Source: Octopus bimaculoides
Lineage: Eukaryota
Reading direction: 5' to 3'
NCBI RefSeq assembly: GCF_001194135.2
Contig: NC_068982.1
Coordinates: forward strand, 62,472,931 to 62,509,951
Length of the DNA stretch: 37,021 bases
The notes below the pieces were generated by a model. That model was given only the letters and a program-made list of their open reading frames with translations. It searched no databases and had not been told where the DNA came from. Below, in pieces: positions 20,505-32,362 of the stretch (position 1 is the first letter of the stretch; the number at the start of each line of letters is the position of its first letter). A program made the translations under genes and the position numbers.

Positions 20505-20960
20505 ACACCGGGATAGCGGGTTGAGAGAATAGTTATAGCGTCGGACAAAATGTTTTGCAGTATTTCTCTATATTCTGAGTTCAAATCTTCCCGAGGTTAG
20601 TTTTGCTTTTCATCCTTTTACGGCCGATAAAATAAAGTACTTTAATTTATCGAGTACTTGTGGCGGTTTAATTGACTGTCACCGTTAAGTTGGCGAGTTG
20701 GCGGAGCCGTTAGCTAGCCGGGCAAAATGCCTAGTGACATTTCGTCCGTCTCTACCTTCTGAGTTCAAATTCGGCTGAGGGTTAACTTAGCCTTTCATCT
20801 TTTCTCAGTCCATAAATTAAATACCAGTTGAGCAGTTAAGTTGGTTTAAACGACTTGGACCCTTCCCTAAAACTGCTGGCCATGCGCCGAAATTTGAAAC
20901 CAATTGACTGTCACCTTTCACCAAATTCCTAGCCTTGTGCCTATGTTAGAAATCATTCAT
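20505..20960 (+). mobile_element. SINE family A (outer), split by a nested family A copy (20684-20901)
   Basis: 14-bp TSD AATTGACTGTCACC at 20670-20683 and 20902-20915. The outer copy resumes with CTAGCCTTGTGCCTATGTTAGAAATC. Confidence 0.85.
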
Positions 20961-21297
20961 TAACTAAAACAAATTAACTAGCTCTCTGTTCTTTACTAAT
21001 TAGCTTTGTTATTTCAATGACGAAGCAAGCTCCAATAATTAACTTATCAATGCAATTTCTAACAAAGGATAAATACCTTATTACTGAACTAAAGCTAAAA
21101 CCCTTTAGCCAACACAACTACAATCAATCACAGAACACATGAAATGATAATGATGTATATGACAAGAAACGTGCTTTTCCAGCGTTTGAATTTGTTTTCA
21201 GCATTTAACACCAAAGAACTTCTGTATTCATTCCAAAATAGGTTCTTTTTCAGTGAAGAGTTTTTTCTTGCGTTGACGATAAGACCTCAGATCTTAC

Positions 21298-21362
21298 CGA
21301 CATATATTTCCCGGGGCGTCAAATTTAACACTGCGAAGACTTCAACGGTGGAGTCAAGAGAA
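21298..21362 (-). CDS. Candidate internal exon (65 nt): SLDSTVEVFAVLNLTPREIYV
   Basis: Strong acceptor GTGCTTCTTTGTATTTCAG|, strong donor TCG|GTAAGA. One frame only is open, phase 2 to 1. Confidence 0.4.
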
Positions 21363-22117
21363 CTGAAATACAAAGAAGCACATCACAAAAGTGTAAGAGA
21401 GCATACAACAGAGAGAGAGAGAGAAAGGGGGGGAGGAGGGAGAGGAAGACGGAGAGCATTGGAGAGATAGATTGAGACAGATAGCTATCCCTAAATGGAT
21501 TTGTTTTCATATGCCTCTTCCATTTTACAAAAGCATTAGCTCCATCTAAAATTTGTTTACTTCGATGAACTCAATTTATTTTCTTTCAATATGTTTAAAC
21601 AGTATTTTTAAAGATGGATGATTAGTTTCAGTGAGCAAAAAAAAAAAAAAATTTAAAAATAAAAAGAATCGACATTTTGAGGCAGTTGAAACCACAATTA
21701 GCAGTTTATGAATCTATCGCATGAAGAGTCTGTTGAGACACGGAGAAAAAATTATTCAACTAAATTTTAGATGGAGTTACACAGGTTGAGGTCTGTGTAA
21801 TCATTCAGTGAGTCCTTGCTTTCAGATTGTTGGTTATAAATTGGTAATTAAAATGGATAATTATCATGCGTGCATGTTTTCCTGTAATAACTTATCAACA
21901 TGCATGTCCAATAATGTTATATAAATTGACCTATAATCGAACTGTACAAATTTACTTATAAAATCTTAGCCGATAGGTAAAAGATATAAGCTATATTAGC
22001 TTATTTATCGAATAGACATATTTATATATTATTAAATAAGCTGCCATACCGTACCGGACTCCTACTTCAAGTACTTCAAATTGAATTAGAACTTACTAAT
22101 TAAACATTAATGTAATT

Positions 22118-22303
22118 AATACTGATTTCAAATTTTATCAGAAGGCCAGCAAGTTCGGGGAAGAGGGGAAGTCGATCACATCGACCCCAGTATTCAGTGG
22201 GTACTCTTTTTATCGACCCTGAAAAGATGAACGTGAAGACGAATGAAATGCCGCTAAGCATTTCGCCCGGCGTGCTAACGATTTTTCCAGCTCCAACTCG
22301 CCT
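22118..22303 (-). mobile_element. SINE family A with internal deletion around the B box
   Basis: AGGCGAGTTGGAGCTGGAAAAATCGTTAGCACGCCGGGCGAAATGCTTAGCGGCATTTC..GGGTCGATAAAAAGAGTACC. Confidence 0.8.
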
Positions 22304-22323
22304 CACACACACGCACGCACACG

Positions 22324-22388
<65 letters not shown>

Positions 22389-22525
22389 GCATATATCAGG
22401 CTGCTTTTTATATTTGTATGAGTGTATGAATGCATGTATATATGTGTGTGTGCATATATATGTACGTATATATATATACGTGTAGTTATTTCTGCGAGTA
22501 TATGTATGTGTATGTATGTTTATTT

Positions 22526-22561
<36 letters not shown>

Positions 22562-22642
22562 GTCTGTACATATTCGTGCTTCCATGTGTGTTTCTCAGTG
22601 TGTATGTGTGTACATATGCATGTTTGTATGTATGTATGTATA
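22304..22642. repeat. (CA)n followed by (TG/TA/TATG)n compound microsatellite
   Basis: Seen directly. Confidence 0.9.
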
Positions 22643-22649
22643 TATTGTA

Positions 22650-22790
22650 TCCCTCTATGTCCTGTAAATTAACAGTTCGATGAATAGGTAAATAAAATAA
22701 GTAATGAGATCGATATGATCGACAAAAGCGCTTGTAGACGGTGTCCCAGTATGGTTGTGATCCAATGATTGAAACCAATGAAAGAGTAAA
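22650..22790 (+). mobile_element. SINE family C 3' half (diverged)
   Basis: GTCCTGTAAATTAACAGTTCG..GACGGTGTCCCAGTATGGTTGTGATCCAATGATTGAAACCAATGAAAGAG. Confidence 0.65.
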
Positions 22791-22940
22791 ATATTGGTAA
22801 AAGAAACAAAATATCAACAAAGAAAGATCAAGGCAAAACAGAGTTGTTCAAAACTAAACGAAGTTACCGAATACCTAAACAATACCTTTTAAGTGATAAT
22901 GAATAATAATGCTCCATGATTGATAAAGATCTGATGATGA

Positions 22941-23355
22941 TGGTTTCAAATCAATTTTAGTGGAGAGGTAAATAGATTACATCGACTTCAGTACTTGACA
23001 TATTTTATTGACCTTAAAAAAAGGAAAGATAAAGTTGATCTCGTTGCGATTTGAACTCAGAACATGAGAAGTTAGAATTACCGGTAAGCATTTTGTCCAA
23101 CGTGCTAACGATTCTGCCAGTTTGCTGCCTTGGAGATTATGCTACTAATACTTTCTACTATAGGCACAAGTACTGGAATTTTGGGGGAGGGAGCTAGTCA
23201 ATTACATCGACCCCAGTATTTAACTAGTACTTAAATTATCGACCCCGAAAGGCAGGTTTGATTACGGCGGCATTTGAACACAGAGCGTAAAGCCGGATGA
23301 AATGCCACTAATAATTTGTTCCAGAACGTTAATTTTTCTGCCAACTCGCAACCTT
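22941..23355 (-). mobile_element. Two tandem SINE family A copies (22941-23131 and 23146-23355) with different tail types
   Basis: Both carry the head GGCAGAA..CGTTAG and GAGTTCAAAT-like boxes. Tails are ..TTTGAAACCA and ..GTGCCTATAGTAGAAAG. Confidence 0.8.
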
Positions 23356-23679
23356 AATGGTCATAACAATAATACGTCTCAAAAAGCTAATTTATACTGA
23401 ATGTTGAAAGAAAACAAAAATGGATCGGAATAAGCAGCAGAAAGGCTCACAAAGTTCTGGGCAAGTCAGGGAGGAGTAACATTGACGCACAGTACTAGCT
23501 ATTCGCTTTATTCAGTTAGATATGAATGAAGAACATATACCAGTGTAGATTTACATCTTTAGGACCCCTACAAAAATATTTTACATTTGGAAACAATAAA
23601 AGTCATTATTTTCTTTTACCGATTTTGTTTTAATGAGAAATAAAAATGTCACATAAACTAACAACAGGAGAACTTAATG

Positions 23680-24202
23680 CAAACACATCTACCCACAAAA
23701 GGATCGATGGCAAATTTACTCTGCAATGATGAGTGATTGGCAACTCGTTCATTAAGCTGAGAAATAGGTATATGTTCAGGAACCCATTGACCAAGTTTAT
23801 ACAGTTTTCTTAGGTCAAAAAATTATTTTATGATTGAAGTGTGACTTAAATTGTTTTGCTAATTTTCGGGCAGATTGCTTTGGATTTTCTTCAACTAATG
23901 TTTTCAGAGATTCAATATTGACCGAAATTAGTCGTCCAGATCGATGAGAATCTTTGCGAGAAAAATTCCTTGAAACATACTGCTTCCTTTGCCGAAGAGC
24001 CCTTCTTGAATTCATACGGCATCTAGTGTGTGATATGGGTCTGATCAGCGCTCATTTTAGAAGGGTTAAATCGGTATAATCTGCAAAGAAAGAGAAAACA
24101 TTAAACTATAAAAAGTAATGCATATTTTACCATAAGTATTGTAAAAGTACTTTCAAAGTGATCGTTTCAAAAATGTGACAGAACTTTCTTTCCAACCTAA
24201 TA
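23680..24202 (-). mobile_element. Mariner 5' fragment: TIR, 5' UTR and N-terminal HTH pseudogene
   Basis: TA-TTAGGTTGGAAAGAAAGTTC TIR ending at 24202. ATG at 24055: MSADQTHITH*MPYEFKKG..RSGRL..SLKTLVEENPKQSARKLAK..KLGQWVPEH..DPFV. Confidence 0.85.
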
Positions 24203-24419
24203 CATACAAATGTGTGTGTATGTATGTATGTATGTATGTATGTATGTATGTATGTATGTATGTATGTATGTATNNNNNNNNNNNNNNNNNNNNNNNNNNN
24301 NNNNNNNNNNNNNNNNNNNNNNNNNNNNNNNNNNNNNNNNNNNNNNNNNNNNNNNACACGCATGCATACATACTTACATACATACATTCACATGCAAATA
24401 TGCTTAAATAACTATAAAT

Positions 24420-25105
24420 GTTAACTATTTCGCTTTGATTTAATGCGTATAGTTGCATATCTAGACCTGTTCACATATATTTAAATGATAAACTTCTGGA
24501 AAGTTGTACAGATTTTTACAGTTCCAGTGATGATGAATTGGATCAGTAATCTTCGAATCAGCTTTCTCCTTTCTGATTTTACAAATCCTAATTTCTCAAG
24601 ATTCGTACTCAGGTAGTGTGTTGCATATTCCAGTGCAATAATGATTACAGGTATAAACCTGAACTTGTAATTTGGATAAAGTAGCTCAATAGTTAAGCGC
24701 AGGTGTTTTCTTTTTTGCGGTTCTTTAGCTTTATGTTAACATTCGCTGGGCAGCTGATTTCCACAACTGTACACAGTTTCTCTTCTCTATCTCAAATTAC
24801 TGTCAGGTCTATTATGTTTACATTTTATTGAGAATTTCACTGGGACATTCCACCAGTACTCTTTTTTATTATGAGTGACTATGGCCTCTACCATGCTGTA
24901 GGTTCTTATTTGTTTAGCTTCGGGCTTATCCTTCCGACGGATTTCATTATACAGTGTTTCTGGCTACAACATCATGTTTTATCGGTAGTTAATACTGTGA
25001 TGGTATTTTCGGACAACTGCTTATGTCGGTGATATCTTCGGTATTAACTCCACAAAATCTGCATCGGTTATCACATTTTTCTGCTTTTCCCGCGTCCCTG
25101 TCCCT
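24420..25105 (-). mobile_element. Second restriction-like-endonuclease non-LTR relic (R4-like), C-terminus
   Basis: CRFCGVNTEDITDISSCPK, HDVVAR-LYNEIRR, EYWWNVPV..CKHNRPD (24802-24816), KLCTVVEISCPANVN, FRFIPVII, TGTVKICTTFQKFII*. Confidence 0.85.
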
Positions 25106-26144
25106 TTTGTGCATCAGTTATTTGGTTGATATTTCTTGTATGTATGTATGTATGTATGTATGTATGTATGTATGTGTAATTTAATCAGTTAAATGTGGCT
25201 TACTCTAATCTAAATTTAAATATAAAATATTCTCTGCCTGTTAGAATAGCAGCGTATTTTGAAAACATTTAAGAAAATAACAAGTTTTAAACAATGTTTA
25301 GATCTTTCAGAAACAACAATGCTACAAACTCGCATTTGTCTTCTCTACGTTGTGTTGGAAGCATTAAAAGCGACACAATGGAATATTATCCGTTAAGATT
25401 TAAGATGGATGATTCAATGTTGTTCGCCTCAAAATGACAACCGACCGGCCAACCATACGTTAGAAGCAAATGGCGTGAAAGTAATTGCAGACGAAACAGT
25501 CGCTATAAAATCTATTTGTTCCACAAGCAACCGTCAAGACAGTAAACTTGTGGCGGAATATAATAGAAATGACGAGTTTGAGAAGGAAGGGGAAGAAATG
25601 TTAATGACTTTTAAAATAAGAATAATACTTCTCACTTGAGATGTAAAACAAAAAGTTACAATCGTTAGATATGACCATAGAAAAATATCACATATTAAAA
25701 AAAAGAAGAATAACATGTGAAGACGCGACGTTCATGCCTTGCCTAGAAACATTGATATAAGAAGAAGTAAAAGAGTTTCAATCAAATTTGTATCTCGGAT
25801 ATATCTCAGTCACAAATGTGGTAGAAATATTTATTGCTTACATATATGGAGACGAACTAATGTGTAATGATATAAAAGCACAGAAATAGGTTTAGACATA
25901 ATCTAAATAAACTAAATAGAACATCATTACATTACTTAGGCATAAGCTATATAAGGTGCATAAACAATGGTTATGTTACATATTGAGGTAAGATAACTTT
26001 GATTAATCAAGAATGAGCCTATAAGGAGGAGGAGGAGGAGGAGTAAATATTAACTCATCCAAAGGAAGGCGACGGTGCCGACTCAGAGGAAGAAATCAAA
26101 AGGATCATTTTTTAATGATTGACACACCGAAATCTCAGTAAATT

Positions 26145-26358
26145 CTCTCTATTATAAGCAGAAGGTTTGAAGTTTCGTAGGGAGAGACTAGTCGATTACA
26201 TTAGCCTCAGTGCTCAACAGGTATTTATTTTATGGACTCTGAACGGATGAAAGGCAAAGTCGAACTCGGTGACATCTGAACTCAAAACGTAAAACCAGAA
26301 GAAATGACGCTAAGCATCTTGGCCGGCGTGCTAACAAATCTGCTAACTGGCCACCTCA
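26145..26358 (-). mobile_element. SINE family A with 15-bp TSD (1 mismatch)
   Basis: AAATCTCAGTAAATT (26130-26144) and AAATCTCAGTGAATT (26359-26373) flank a complete copy. Confidence 0.85.
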
Positions 26359-26809
26359 AAATCTCAGTGAATTAAAACCAGGAATAGGTGAATTAATGGT
26401 TTCAAATTTTGGCACAAGTCTAGCAAGTTCGGGGGAGATAAAACAAACTGAATCTATCACTACATATATACAAACACAGCTAAACTACAGACGAGTGTAA
26501 CCGTGATGTTAATAATGGCTACAAATATATTTAACTTACTTAAATACATTTGAAAAGGATAATAACGTTAAAATATATAAAACTATATGTATTTTTCATT
26601 ATAGATATTTACAGGATGTAATAGAATATACATTGATAATCTTGAAAAAAATCTTTGGCGCAATGTGTATTTTATAACCAATGGAAATAATTCGAATAAT
26701 ATTGGATTTATTTCCCTTTTCGTGACACAAGATATGCAAATACATAATTGCATTTAATATATGAGTGATAAACAGCGTTACCAATAACCATGCATGTATA
26801 AATAAATAC

Positions 26810-26880
26810 GCGCGCACGCGCGCACACACACACACACACACTAACACACACTCACACACACACTCTCTCTCTCTCTCTCT

Positions 26881-26922
<42 letters not shown>
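26810..26922. repeat. (CG)(CA)n-(CT)n-(CA)n microsatellite
   Basis: Seen directly. Confidence 0.95.
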
Positions 26923-26925
<3 letters not shown>

Positions 26926-27712
26926 AATTAGCTGATGGAGTCGATTCCGCTTAAATGCATATCGGTCATTTGTATAATTGTGTTGATTGCACAACCTTTC
27001 AAAATACCGAAACGTTTAGCAGTAAATCTATGATCTTTTAATTGCATACTGAATTTTGGTTAATTGTATATGATTTCTTTTCTGATAAAAATAAAATACT
27101 GTCAAAATATAGCTTCAAAATTAATATTGAAATAATATGAATAAAATGAATCTGAGAATTTCCGTTTTTATGATGAGTTAAAATAACAGCAGTCGGTGCT
27201 TCATGTTTACAAACAACCAGTGTCAAGTAAATCAAATGTATTCACATTATTCTAACCATTCAAATGAATTGAACGCTATGGAAGTAAGATTCTGCAATAT
27301 ATTTATTTTATTTTTAATTATGTAATAAAATTCTTCAATAAATAAAATCTTCGCTGTAGATACAATTTGTAAAACGATAAATTCTGAATCAAACGGTGAA
27401 TGTTTTTATAACCGAACAATCAATTTTAAAAAAGAAATCTGCAAGACATTAGTGGCTACTATTGAATAATACAAAGTGTATGAAAGTCATTGTCAGGATG
27501 CACCTATTTGTACCTGTTTAAGCTTGGATATTTGAAGAATATCATTGGGATTTCAAAAACAGTATAGAGGATAAATAAAACGATTCTCATATCGATACAT
27601 ATCAATAAAATAGTTTTGAATGGGGTGTGTGTGTGAATATAAATTACGTGTATATAGATCGTATTGTGACTAACAAAGACTGTTTTATTCTTGATTGTTG
27701 TATATAATCCTT

Positions 27713-27930
27713 AAGGGTAGTCGATTGGCGAAATGGTTAAAGCTTTCGGACAAAAATGACTTACGATATGTTTTCCAGCTCTTGACATACTAAGTTCAAA
27801 TCCTCCTGTGTTCATCTTTGCCTCTCATCGTTTCAGTATCGATAAAATAGGCAACTAGCGAAGTACTGTTGTCGACATATAATCGATTAACCCTTTCTTC
27901 TCAAATTTCAGCCCCTATGTTTCAAACAAA
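27713..27930 (+). mobile_element. SINE family A (diverged)
   Basis: TTGGCGAAATGGTTAAAGCTTTCGGACAAAAATG..AAGTTCAAATCC..GATAAAATAGG..TAATCGATTAACCC..CAAATTTCAGCCC. Confidence 0.7.
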
Positions 27931-28199
27931 TATGTATTCTTTACATGTGTCACTTCGCCACACAACGTTTTCACTAGTTATATACTGAAATTCCTTAATC
28001 GATCGTCTACTTACCGTATTCAATGAATTGTATTTAACAGTTAATTGCAGATCATTTCCAGTCAGCGACGCTATGCAATTATGCGGAATCGATTGTATTG
28101 TCAAAATAGATAGTTACAATAACATAAACAATTGCAGGCAACAGACAAGATAACTGAACAACTTGGGGAATCTTACAAATAAATATATCACCCACCACC

Positions 28200-28204
28200 A
28201 CCAC

Positions 28205-28252
<48 letters not shown>

Positions 28253-28600
28253 ATACGTACATAATATATATATATATATATATATACATACTCACACATG
28301 CACATGTACACACACAAGCACACACACGCACACACACATATATACATTCACACATATTCATACACAAACACATACACATGTACATGTGTGTTTATGTATG
28401 AATATGTGTGTGTCTGTATGTAAACTTAGACGTGCGTGTTTATGTGTATGTATATATATATATATGTGTGTGTGTGTGCAAGTGTAAGTATATATATATA
28501 TATGTGTATATGTATGTATATATAAATACATGCACATACACACACATATGTACACGCGCACACATATGCACATACACACCACATACACTTATATCCATAT
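28200..28600. repeat. Compound (TA)n/(CA)n/(TG)n block with internally inverted tracts
   Basis: Seen directly. Confidence 0.9.
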
Positions 28601-29019
28601 ACTTACAAATAGACGCATAAATTTCTACAGAAACGCATACTCAGTATATGTAAATGTATGTAATTTTCCCGCCAACACATACACATAAACTCCGCCACAA
28701 CTCTCTCACCAACTTCGGAGACATTGTTTCATGTTGTTAATTAAAAGCCTCGTCCTTTATCAAAAATTTTAATAACCGCCTGTTCAATTAGTTGTAGGTC
28801 AGGAGTTGACCCACTACTAATCATAGCAACAGTTCGGGGCACAAAACCCTAGCAACAGGCCAAGGATTAAAACACCAATGACTTTGCTGCTTGCAAGTCC
28901 TTTCGCCAAGAGCATATCTGCGTCCTTGACAATAGCTTTCTCATTTATCATTAGTAATGTTGCATTACACATAGTCTCTCTCTTTCTCTCGTTTTCTAAC
29001 TATATAAATATATGCATGT

Positions 29020-29760
29020 ACAAGCACACATACGCGCAAACCCTCACATACACACACATGCACATATAAAGTTTATAGAGACAGAGATATTCATATAAGT
29101 GTAATTGAAATGTAGACACATATAAATATACCTACACGCGCCCAGGCACACACACACACACACACTCACACGCACGCACACACATACATACACACAGAGA
29201 AAGTTCGCAATGGCATATAACACGCATATATTACAACAGACGAATAGGCGTTCTGTGGCAATATACTCATTCCACACACACACCTACACACACACCTACA
29301 CACAGACATACACACACACACACTCACACACGCACACACACACACACACACAGACTTACACACACAAACACACAGACTTACACACACAAACACACACACA
29401 CACGTGCACAAATCTACGCATAAGTGTTAGCACGCACACGCTTCAGAATATACGTACATGCGCGTCCATAGTGCGCACACATGCATACACAAATACACAC
29501 GCATACACGCATACACAAATACACACATCACAACTGCACGCATGCATGACACAGTTCAACTTTCGTATGCACATATACACGCAATCTACATAGACGTACA
29601 CCACACAAAGCACCAAATAATTGAACCCACACACGCAATTTCCCAAAACAACACATACGATTACAAGCGCGCGAAATTGCTAATGCAAACCTATTAACGC
29701 TTTCTCTTATATATTCACACGCACACACAAACACTCTGTTAGCACACGCAGACAGCAAAA
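29020..29760. repeat. Long degenerate CA-rich low-complexity block
   Basis: Seen directly. Includes a 22-nt unit CACAGACTTACACACACAAACA twice (~29349-29392). Confidence 0.8.
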
Positions 29761-29947
29761 GCTCGTTTCGAACCCTGCATCTTTCACCAACTGCCGTAAA
29801 GCTATTCAGTGTTTACTTGGGTTACACGTGACAGTTGGCTCTTTAATTTTTTAACTTTAACGTTTTCTTTTCATTCTTTTTGAATTTCGTTTCCATAATC
29901 TTCTCTTTCCATGTTTTCTTCTTATTTTATTTGCTTTGTTTCTTTCG

Positions 29948-29980
29948 TTTCAGATGAAGGACTTACATCCGAAAAGTCAA
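29948..29980 (+). ncRNA. Degenerate minimal hammerhead relic (fourth family)
   Basis: TTT-CAGATGA (vs CTGATGA)-A-GGA-cttaca-TCC-GAAA-A-GTC-AA, in a pyrimidine-rich pLTR-like context. Confidence 0.4.
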
Positions 29981-30090
29981 TATTTCTGTTCTATTCTGTT
30001 AAAGCCAATTCTTTGATAAACTTGTTTTTTTTTATTTACATTTATAATTATTTCTGTTCATTTTTACTTCTATGTTTATTTATTTTTTAA

Positions 30091-30288
30091 CTTTTACTCG
30101 TCTCAGTAATTTCACTGCGACCATGATGGGGCACCGCCTTCAGGAGTTTTAGTCGAACAAATCGACCTCAGGACTTCTTTAAAGCTTAGTACTTATTCTA
30201 TCGGCTCTTTTGCCAAACCGCAAAGTTATGCAGACGCAAACACACCAACACCAGTTCTCAAGCTGATGTGGGGGACAAACACAGACAC
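30091..30288 (-). mobile_element. SINE family C 3' half
   Basis: GTGTTTGTCCCCCACATCAGCTTGAGAACTGG..GGTTTGGCAAAAGAGCCGATAGAATAAGTAC..GGCGGTGCCCCATCATGGTCGCAG..GAGTAAAAG. Confidence 0.85.
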
Positions 30289-32084
30289 ATAGATATATAC
30301 ATACATACATGCATATATATATACATATATATNNNNNNNNNNNNNNNNNNNNNNNNNNNNNNNNNNNNNNNNNNNNNNNNNNNNNNNNNNNNNNNNNNNN
30401 NNNNNNNNNNNNNNNNNNNNNNNNNNNNNNNNNNNNNNNNNNNNNNNNNNNNNNNNNNNNNNNNNNNNNNNNNNNNNNNNNNNNNNNNNNNNNNNNNNNN
30501 NNNNNNNNNNNNNNNNNNNNNNNNNNNNNNNNNNNNNNNNNNNNNNNNNNNNNNNNNNNNNNNNNNNNNNNNNNNNNNNNNNNNNNNNNNNNNNNNNNNN
30601 NNNNNNNNNNNNNNNNNNNNNNNNNNNNNNNNNNNNNNNNNNNNNNNNNNNNNNNNNNNNNNNNNNNNNNNNNNNNNNNNNNNNNNNNNNNNNNNNNNNN
30701 NNNNNNNNNNNNNNNNNNNNNNNNNNNNNNNNNNNNNNNNNNNNNNNNNNNNNNNNNNNNNNNNNNNNNNNNNNNNNNNNNNNNNNNNNNNNNNNNNNNN
30801 NNNNNNNNNNNNNNNNNNNNNNNNNNNNNNNNNNNNNNNNNNNNNNNNNNNNNNNNNNNNNNNNNNNNNNNNNNNNNNNNNNNNNNNNNNNNNNNNNNNN
30901 NNNNNNNNNNNNNNNNNNNNNNNNNNNNNNNNNNNNNNNNNNNNNNNNNNNNNNNNNNNNNNNNNNNNNNNNNNNNNNNNNNNNNNNNNNNNNNNNNNNN
31001 NNNNNNNNNNNNNNNNNNNNNNNNNNNNNNNNNNNNNNNNNNNNNNNNNNNNNNNNNNNNNNNNNNNNNNNNNNNNNNNNNNNNNNNNNNNNNNNNNNNN
31101 NNNNNNNNNNNNNNNNNNNNNNNNNNNNNNNNNNNNNNNNNNNNNNNNNNNNNNNNNNNNNNNNNNNNNNNNNNNNNNNNNNNNNNNNNNNNNNNNNNNN
31201 NNNNNNNNGGCGCTTTTATAAGTGCCAACGCACGAAACTCTCGGATCATATACTCATATTTTGAGTTCTATTTTGCCTGTTTGCATCAACATGCCTGCAT
31301 ATATATATATATATATACACACATACATAGGGTAGTAGGCTGGTTACAGAATAAAATCGCCCTTGCTCAAATATTACTGTGATACTTTCCCATCATTTAC
31401 TGCAACGATGATGAAGTCATATAACGGTATGGTTAGACGAAGATTCCATCTACTACACTCCAATAACACTTCAGCAAAGAGCACAGTCGAATTAGCGAGT
31501 AGAATCTCGAATCGCAACCACGTTTGCCTTTACACCAGCTTTTGTAGGTTGCATATTATTCCTCGACCGCCGTAATGGAAAAAAAAAAGTAGGCCAAAGA
31601 GAAAGAAAAAAAGAATGCTGTCAACTTGTAAGTTCAAGAAGCTTTTGCCTTGATTTGCATCTGGTAGGCCAAACATGTAAAAAAGACAAGTATGTATAAT
31701 TTTACGTGATATAGGCTTGTGCGTCACTTGGGTTACTCTCTTAATGTTTAAAGCTAAATCAAGCAGGTAACGAGAAATTACAAACATCGCAGCTATCAAG
31801 TTAGAGTGTCCGCTCATGTAGTTGTATGTATACATGCAAATACGCTCATGCAAATGCACACATTCAAATATATATATATATATATATGGATATGTTTGCA
31901 GTTTTGGATAGCCGTTGACTCGTTAATGTTATCTGTCTCTTCACAATTTTGGCTTTACCGCAGGGTGTCCCAAAATCGTTCACTTCACCAAGCAAGCTTC
32001 GTAGAGTTGTTTTAGTCGCCGACTTTCCGAAAGTGCGTACTGGTTTACATGGATACCTGTTGCAGATTTCTAGTTATAAGAGAA

Positions 32085-32104
32085 CACATACACGCGCGCG
32101 CGCG

Positions 32105-32137
<33 letters not shown>

Positions 32138-32309
32138 TACACACACATTCAAAAACAAACAAGCATGCACACATGTACATATATGTAGGCAAACACACCA
32201 TCTATCTATCTGTCTGCCTGTGTATCTGTCTGTTTGTTAGTATATATATATATAAGCCTATCTATATATAGCTCTCTCTTTATACATACATACATACATA
32301 CATGCATGA

Positions 32310-32361
<52 letters not shown>

Positions 32362-32362
32362 C
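32085..32362. repeat. Compound (CG)(CA)n/(TCTG)n/(CATA)n/(TA)n microsatellite
   Basis: Seen directly. Confidence 0.9.

Noticed and set aside
24207-25176. Idea that the second RLE element targets (TATG)n
   Set aside because: The flanking arrays are in opposite orientations ((CATA)n at 24357-24392 vs (GTAT)n at 25137-25176), which does not fit insertion into one array.
28015-28070. Minus-strand exon-like segment SLTGNDLQLTVKYNSLNT with donor ACG|GTAAGT
   Set aside because: Weak acceptor, and phase (1 to 0) incompatible with the other candidates. Unsupported without transcript data.
28824-28958. Minus-strand signal-peptide-like ORF MINEKAIVKDADMLLAKGLASSKVIGVLILGLLLGFCAPNCCYD*
   Set aside because: Only about 44 codons, with no good donor before the stop and no homology I can recognise.
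31964-32060. Tc1-like terminus CAGGGTGTCCCAAAA
   Set aside because: The matching right TIR is too degenerate to call.
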